A stretch of 62,559 bases of DNA, the filler included, from Vannella sp. (taxonomy: Eukaryota): NCBI GenBank assembly GCA_023345925.1. It is 6 parts of 6 records of this genome, joined end to end, with 100 filler letters (N's around TTAATTAATTAA, not from the genome) between each part and the next. Parts side by side here need not be neighbours in the genome. Positions count along the whole stretch, not along the records: positions 50,583 to 58,823 come from JAJQQN010000701.1; positions 58,924 to 62,559 come from JAJQQN010000018.1; 4 more parts are not named here. One strand, written 5' to 3'. Made by a program: the position numbers and the translations under genes. This document shows positions 55,390 to 62,559 of this stretch, piece by piece (position 1 is the stretch's first letter; the number at the start of each line of letters is the position of its first letter). The notes below the pieces were generated by a model. The model did no database searches. It was not told where the DNA came from and saw only the letters and a list, made by a program, of their open reading frames with translations.

Positions 55390-58300
55390 ATGGACGGCGA
55401 GTTGGACGTTTACCCGGTCGGGGATCTTTCCCAGGACGATTTCGACTTCGAGGAGAGGGACTTTACCATCCAATTTGCTGAGAGGTTGGGTGGACCAGTG
55501 TTTTGTGAGGAGTTCTAACTGTGGTGTAGCCTTCCTCAGCCGCTGGGTGGGTGGTTGGCACGAGGGGATAAGAACTCTCGTCTCCGCAAGTTCATTGTTC
55601 TTGTGTTCCTCCTGGTGATCATTCTGGTGGTGATTCTTGGTGTCATACTGGGTGCCACTCTTGTGGTTAACTCCTCCCAGCCTAAGGATACGGAAGTCGA
55701 CCTTCACAACGACACAGACAACGGAGGAAGGCTTCCCAAGTGGGCAGCGCCGTCCTCTTATGCGATAACTCTGAGACCAAACCTCCAGACCTTCGCACTA
55801 CCAGGTAGCGTAGAGATTCGATTCCAGGCAAGCTAGATCCCCACTGGACCATCTCCATGCTCATGTCCCGCTCAGGTCACCGAGAAAGGGCACGATCACC
55901 TGACTCTCCACTCGTTGGACATCACCATCAAGAGGGCCACCTTCCTGTCAGAGGGTGAGAGGGACTTTAAGTTAGTTTCCCCCTTCCCTTTGGTCAAGGC
56001 TGGAGGCTTACCACCCTTCCAGGACTATCTTGATACTGTTTGATCCCAAGAGTGAGACAGTCCAGCTCTTCTTCGACCATCCCTTGCCCGAGATGAAGGA
56101 GATGGTGCTCCTGATTGAGTACGAAGGAACTATTCAGAAGGATATGGCTGGGTTCTATCGTAGTGTCTATACCGATGCCGAAGGGAACGAACATTGGCTG
56201 GCTGCCACTCAGTTTGAGTCAACAGCTGCTCGATTGGCCTTCCCATGCTTCGATGAGCCAGACATGAAGGCACGGTTCGTCATTAAGCTCATTTACAAAG
56301 ACACTGGAAGCATGGCTGCCCTTTCCAACATGCCAGAGGTGTGTGAATCAACCAATACTCCCATTTATGAGCTAACAGGGCGCAGAGTGACCGAGATGTC
56401 ATCGAGGGGCTCACCCACGTGACATTCCAGGAGTCTCCTTTGATGAGCACTTATCTCGTGGCCTTCCTTGTGGGAGACTTTGCCAGTGTTGAAGGATCTT
56501 ACAAGGTGGACGAGAGCGTATTATCATCCACTTGTCTGACAGGAAAGGAATGGGTTTAGGGCAAACCCGTGAAAGTTTGGTCTCCCGTTGGACTTGAATC
56601 TCAAGGCCGAGTCGCGTTGAACGCTACCCTCGCGGGTCTGCAGTTCTTCGAAGACTTTTTCGGTCAGCCATTCACTCTGCCGAAGCTGGATTTGGCAGCT
56701 ATTCCCGATTTTGAAGCAGGAGCAATGGAGAATTGGGGATTAATCACTTTCCGTCTCACCGCCCTTCTCTATGATGAGAAAGAAGGTGCCGCTGGCAACA
56801 TGCAGAGAGTGGTGACAGTTGTTACCCATGAACTTGCACATCAATGGACAGGTGATCTGGTGACAATGGAGTGGTGGAGTGACCTTTGGTTGAACGAAGG
56901 ATTCGCTGAATTCTTCGAAACTGAGAGTGCTGATGCCATCTTCCCTTCCTGGGAAATGCGAACCCAGTTCCTTATCGAAGACCAACAGCGCGCTTTCTCT
57001 CTGGACAGTCTCATCTCCACCCGTCCGGTTGTCCATGCTGCCGTAGAAACGAGCTCGGACATTTCTGAAATGTTCGACACAATCACTTACAGGTATTGAG
57101 TCTGCCCTTTTCACCCATCCACGACCTGACCTTGATCAGCAAGGGAAGCTCCATTCTGCGAATGCTTCAGGATGCCATCACTCCTGAGGTCTTCCAGACA
57201 GGACTGCAGAGTTACATGGATAACTATCAGTTCAAAAACGTTCTTACTGCAGATCTCTTGAACAGTATGAAGGATTCTCACACTTAGAGTGTTACCTAAT
57301 GTATTTGCTAGGTTTAGGAGAGGCCAGCAGTATGGATCTCGCTGTGAATTTCCACGAGTGGCTTTACAATCCTGGCTACCCAGTAGTGACTGTCACAGTG
57401 GAAGGTAAGGTTGTTACTTTCAGCCAAGAGAGGTTCATCAGCTCCTCTGCCTCCCTCAATGACACAACCACATGGTGGCTTCACATTCGGTTCCAAGCAG
57501 ATGGTACCGAGAATGTCGTTTCCTTCCAAGAGAAGACGCACCAGGTTACCCTTAGTAAGGCTCCATCGTACATTAAGGCCAATATCGGCCAGAATGGCTT
57601 CTATCGCGTGAATTATCCGGAATCAATGTGGCTTCAACTGAAGAATGAAATCAGCAACTTTTCTGCTGCTGACCGTGCTGGTCTCGTGAACGACGTCTTG
57701 GTTTTGGCCCGGGCTGGAAGATTGAATACCCCGACCGCTCTCGAATTCACAAGTTTCCTTGCCACTGAACAGGATTACACCGTTTGGATCTCTGCCTTGT
57801 CTCAGCTAAGCTACATTGGAACGATGTTATCAACTGAGCCTGACTATGGGCTCTACGAAAAGTTCATCCAATCGGTGATTACTGATGCAGTCGAGTATGT
57901 GGGCTGGGGAACGTACAAAACTACTCTGAGCTCTCACAATCAGTCCCTTCTGCGATCAACTCTCCTGAGCTTTGCCGTTCGATTCCAGGTACCCTCTGTG
58001 GTTGCAGAGGCCCAGCAGCTTTGGGATGGGTTCAAAAAGAATGGGACTTGGATCAGTCCTGAAGACCGCCAGGCAGTCTACTGTGCGGCTCTTCACTATG
58101 GTGATGCTTCTGACTATCAGTTCCTGTTCAATCACTTACTTGAGACTGACAATGCTGCCGAGCAGAACAGAATCTACTATACGCTAGGATGCACACGCGA
58201 GTACTATCTCCTCCAAAAGACACTCAGCGTCTCTTTGGATGAGAATATTGTCAAAGCGCAAGACACGCGTTCTGTCATTTCTGGCGTTTCTAGTAACCCT

Positions 58301-58585
58301 CTGGGTCGTGATCTGGCCTGGAACTTTGTCCAAACCAACTTTGAGACGTTTAATGTGTTGGGTTTCTCTCTCAGCTCGTTGATTGCCACAGTAACTTCCT
58401 CCTTCAATGACGAATTCCATCTCCACGAGATCGACACCTTCTTCAACATTCAACCCACCGTTGGCGCCTCCTTTGCAGTGGAGCAATCCAAAGAGACTAT
58501 CCGATCCAACATCGCTTGGTTGGCACGAAACGGTCCTCAAATAGCCCATTGGCTCGAGTCCCTTCCTTCCAGTCGGCTTGAATAG
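55390..58585 (+). CDS. M1 zinc aminopeptidase (aminopeptidase N-like), type II membrane protein, multi-exon
   Basis: N-terminal TM; ATQFESTAARLAFPCFDEP; GAMENWG; HELAHQW..NEGFA; ERAP1-like C domain. Confidence 0.93.
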
Positions 58586-58823
58586 AATAAGCTTAGAACA
58601 GTGTGAGCAGGGCCGGCCGCTAAATAAAGCCTTGTTGATTGCCTTGACAGAGAGAGTTCACGGCCCCACTGGCGAGGGCATTTCCCCTTGTTTGGTTCCT
58701 CAAACATCCAAAAAGTGAAAAAATGAAATCACTCCAAAAGCTTATCCTGAAAAGATGGAGGTCATCAGGACACTCTACGCAAACACGAGTTTTGGAACCC
58801 TCTTCCCCTTCGCTCGTGGATTT

Positions 58824-58923
58824 NNNNNNNNNNNNNNNNNNNNNNNNNNNNNNNNNNNNNNNNNNNNTTAATTAATTAANNNNNNNNNNNNNNNNNNNNN
58901 NNNNNNNNNNNNNNNNNNNNNNN
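58824..58923. other. Artificial contig linker
   Basis: N44-TTAATTAATTAA-N44. Confidence 0.97.
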
Positions 58924-59994
58924 GTATTAAGTGCAAGGAGGGATCTCTCCCTCGCTCAGGGCATCTGTGGGGCTCTTCTGGATGAAAGTTGATCTTGGGA
59001 AGCCTTTCCCTGCTGATCTGTTGGTCTTGGCAACCACAAAACGGGCAAATGTATACTTCTATATCTCTCTCGTGCTTCTACACACCTTTGGTACTACCAG
59101 AGCTGAGCTTTTGCGAAAGGTTCGGAAAAGAGCCAGCAGAAGAGCACATGATTGCGAGTGGCCTCCAACACACCAAGTTACACCAAACAAGTAGCTCCTT
59201 CTCTGCAATCTATTCCTGTGCGAGCATGTCCTGCTCCGTGAGGGCGACACATTCCAGTCCACCAAATGGTCTTTGGAGAAGAGTCACGAGTCTCTTGATC
59301 AGAAGAGTGGATCTCAATCGGTCGCAAGCGGACTGTCTCCGTCAGGGATTGAAACGTTGCTTTGGGGTCCATGGGAAGCTTGCTGTTGGGAGAAAAGGCT
59401 CAGAAAGGGAGCTTTCGTTGCTCCGGACCAAAAGGCGTCCCAGTGCTGGTGATCAAGTCTCTCAGGGAGGCTGAAGAGTACTTGGATTCTGTTTGTTCAA
59501 CCTTCATTCATTCAGGCCCAACGAATGCCCTCGAAGGAGAATACACGATCTGCTGCGAGCAAGCGCTGAACAGCTGACGACCTGCTTCTTCAGCGTCTCC
59601 AGAAAGTTCAACCTACTCCTCCTTCTTCCTATCCTTACTCAACCAGGGCAAGTCTGCAACAGATAACCCCGAAAATCGTCGTGAACGGGGAGAAGCTCCG
59701 CCTCATGCTGGCATTGGTTGGTCCTCACTCCCAAAATACGTAAGAGGGAACAAGTTTGATGAATTAATGGTAAATAGTAATGGGAATGAGATGAAGGTCA
59801 TTTGCTTCTGCCTGCCGTTGGTGGTCCTTCATTGCTGATGACGAATTAGTACGCTTCGCTTGTCGTTGATAAAGACCACATCGCCTCCACTTGCTGTGTT
59901 GCGTCTCTCGTGCAGTTGCCACGGGTTCTTATGAGTGTTTGACTGACCTTCCTTTCTGTTTTCTAGCTTAACAGGGGCTACCTCAGCCTTCTCC

Positions 59995-61887
59995 ATGGAC
60001 CCCTCCACTCCTGAGGAAGAGCAGTACACTATTAAACTGGAAGAGACTCTTCGCGCCGCTGGACAGTTCGAGTCAACGAAAGAAACGCGCAAGAGAGAGG
60101 AAGTCCTCGGACAACTGAACCAGATGGTCCTCCAATGGATCCAAGACGTTTGCAAAGATCAAGTGAGTGTCTCCTTTCACCACCAGCGCCCAATACTCAC
60201 CTCTTCTCCCAGGGGATGTCAGAGGAGATGTCCAAGGAGACTGTGGCCTCTGGAAGCGTCATCCGCACTTTTGGAAGCTTCCGCTTGGGTGTCCACAACC
60301 CAGGATCAGATATCGACACCTTGTGTATCGCTCCTCGCAACATCCGCCTTCAAGAAGACTTCTTCGAGACTTTGGGGAAGATCCTCGGCGCCCATCCTCA
60401 AGTGACAGAGCTCTCGGTCAGTACAACTCTTCTCCTCTTGATAGAGCACTCACTCTCTTCAAGATCATCTCCGAAGCCTTCGTCCCGGTGATGAACTTTG
60501 AGTTCTCCGGTGTCCCTGTGAGTGAAGGGTTGATTGGCAGCCCTCTGGGACTGACTCTGATGACTTGGTTAGATCGATTTGGTGTTCGCACAACTGTCTG
60601 ACTCTGTGATCCCACCAGGCTTTGACTTGCTGCAGGATTCCGTCCTCAACAACATCGACGAGAAGAGCCGCCTCAGTCTGAACGGATGCCGTGTGACGGA
60701 CATGATCCTTCGCCTGGTACCCAACGAAGCCTCATTCCGGTTGGCATTGCGAGCCATCAAGCTGTGGGCCAAGAACCGAGGAGTCTATTCGAACAAGCTG
60801 GGCTTCTTGGGAGGAGTCAGTTGGGCCATTCTTGTGGCCAAAGTGTGTCAATTGTACCCCAAAAAGTCAGCGGCCAGTCTCCTCGGCCTCTTCTTTGGGG
60901 TATTCCTGAAATGGGACTGGAAGAAGCCGGTTCACTTGAATCAACTTCAAACTGCACCTGGTCCCATGGGTGGGCGCAAGCTCAACATGCATGGTCAGAT
61001 GCCTATCATCACGCCAGCGATGCCACAGCAGAACAGCACCTACAACGTCACTCAATCAACATTCTACCAGATGAGAGAAGAGTTCAGCTTGGCCAAGGAC
61101 ACTGTGGCAGAGATCATTGGAGGATCTGCCAACCGCTCTTGGAATGACTTGTTCGAGCTTCGAGACTTCTTCATTGAGTACCCCTTGTTCATTCGATTGC
61201 ATCTTGCTGCTCCCACCCGAGATAGCCTTCGAGATTGGGAGAACTTTTTGGAGAGCAAGGTGCGCAAGCTCACCAGCGAGTTGGAAAGCACCATGAATGT
61301 GCAGTATGCTGTGCCTACAGCGGATAAGTTCTGCGATCCTGATGGACCAGAGTTCAACACCAACCTCTTCTTGGGACTTGTCCTTGAGACTAACACGACC
61401 AGCAATCCTAATCCTCGCATTGACTTGTCGCCTGCAGTGGCTAAATTCCTCTGTGAAGTACGCGCCTACCGCGGATACAACCGAGATGAGACAATCATTG
61501 ACATTACTTGGTGCCCTCGGTGAGTTCCTCAACCAAATGCATGGTGGCAGTTGTCTCACATGCAGTAGCCCTAAGCTCCCCGACTTTTGCTTCCCCAATG
61601 GACGCCCCAAGCGAACCCGGAAGAGAAAGCACTCCTCTGCTTCAGATGCGGGTCCCGCAAAGAAGGCCAAGTTGGATGGAGGCGAGAGTACCAATGAGAA
61701 TGGGACTCCTCTAGGTACCGGGGATAGCCTAACAGAAGAAGGAGCAAGTGACCCAGTGAATGATCTGCCTCCAATGCAAGAGATGGAAGAGATTGGCGGG
61801 GCCAACCCTTCATGGGACACCCCTGCTGCCGTCCCAACCTCTTCCATCCGCAAGCCGAAAGTCAAGTTGATGAATCGCAAGCGATAA
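59995..61887 (+). CDS. Canonical nuclear poly(A) polymerase, multi-exon (true start probably in a short upstream exon)
   Basis: TFGSFRLGVHNPGSDIDTLC; AFVPVM; SLNGCRVTD; AIKLWAK.RGVYSN.LGFLGGVSWA; MPIITPAMPQQNSTYNV; ESKVRKL. Confidence 0.95.
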
Positions 61888-62559
61888 TCATCTCTCACTA
61901 AGGTCATTCTCGTTCGTACAAACTGACATAACCTTGGGCCATAGGCATAGCATTATAAGGGAAGGAGAAAGAAAAGAAAACAAAAGAAAAGGAAAGTAAA
62001 CCCAGGAAAACAGAAAACCAATAAACTCCTCCCAAAACAGAGTCCCTCTTCCTACAAAGAGCCCGTGTCTTACTCAGTTAGATAGGGAGACTGTGCGATG
62101 AGACTTTAAAGGCGGATGGAATCACTCAAGACATCCTGATGAGCATCTTGAGTGGCATGGGTCCTCGGGAACGGACGGGAAAGCGAGTTCGAGGGCTGGG
62201 TGGGAGATAAATGTTCCACCTCACTCACAAACTGAGAGGATGCATAGAGCCTGCGTCACAAAGGCTTCCAAACCGCCCTCGATATCATCTCCAAACCCTC
62301 TGGCTCGAGGAAGCCTCTTTGTTCCCTGTTCACCGGGAGAGGCTCGAAGATGAACAACAGCTGGGTGCAGGGTGGCCGGTGATAGGACAGCTATCGGAGA
62401 AGAGTTAGCTCTCCGGCATCTTCCGGAGCCTTGGTGTCGAACCCTTTCCCCTTCAGGATCGCCCAACACCACCCGGCCTCCGATTAGAGAGTGAGCAAGC
62501 AGCAACACTCCGATTACTCTCATTGAAGCACTGCCGGTTACCACAAAACGAAGCGCTCC

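Noticed and set aside
18683..58923. Five identical N-flanked TTAATTAATTAA motifs as a biological repeat, and any gene cluster spanning them
   Set aside because: Fixed 100-nt six-frame-stop linkers used to concatenate contigs; adjacency across them is artificial.
58924..59900. Short ORFs upstream of poly(A) polymerase
   Set aside because: No recognisable motifs or consistent exon chain; left unannotated.
62080..62559. 107-aa minus-strand ORF at the window end
   Set aside because: No recognisable similarity; cannot be supported.

Overview
Nuclear DNA from a very gene-dense microbial eukaryote. An amoebozoan-like protist is my inference, based on a Roco LRR-Roc-COR-kinase-WD40 gene, a CARMIL-like gene and a GPS surface protein. 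Introns are short (~44-62 nt) GT-AG, the genetic code is standard, and many intergenic gaps are under 120 bp. The window is not one locus: five identical 100-nt N...TTAATTAATTAA...N linkers join six separate contigs, so neighbourhood across linkers is meaningless. About 30 protein genes are supported, including Aquarius, XPB (partial), Pelota (partial), poly(A) polymerase, PCID2, MnmA/TRMU, PIG-B, QCR7, an M1 aminopeptidase, a DPP-IV, an acyl-CoA dehydrogenase, RhoGEF, RasGAP and Roco. There is also a half tRNA-Ser(AGA), a Nudix pseudogene and several small repeats. I found no CRISPR array, transposase or other clear multi-gene novel system. The best leads are: (1) two intact tandem TFIIE-beta paralogues with near-identical introns but many amino-acid changes, separated by a 23-bp perfect hairpin and a 20-bp minisatellite; (2) unusual signalling architectures (CH-CH plus degenerate cyclase, Roco with atypical Roc motifs and a PH domain inside the WD40, FYVE-CARMIL-WH2 with a SISL[DE]K repeat, single-pass mucin-GPS protein); (3) two small non-coding repeat families and a 42-bp palindrome. 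Exon boundaries and counts were read by hand and are approximate.
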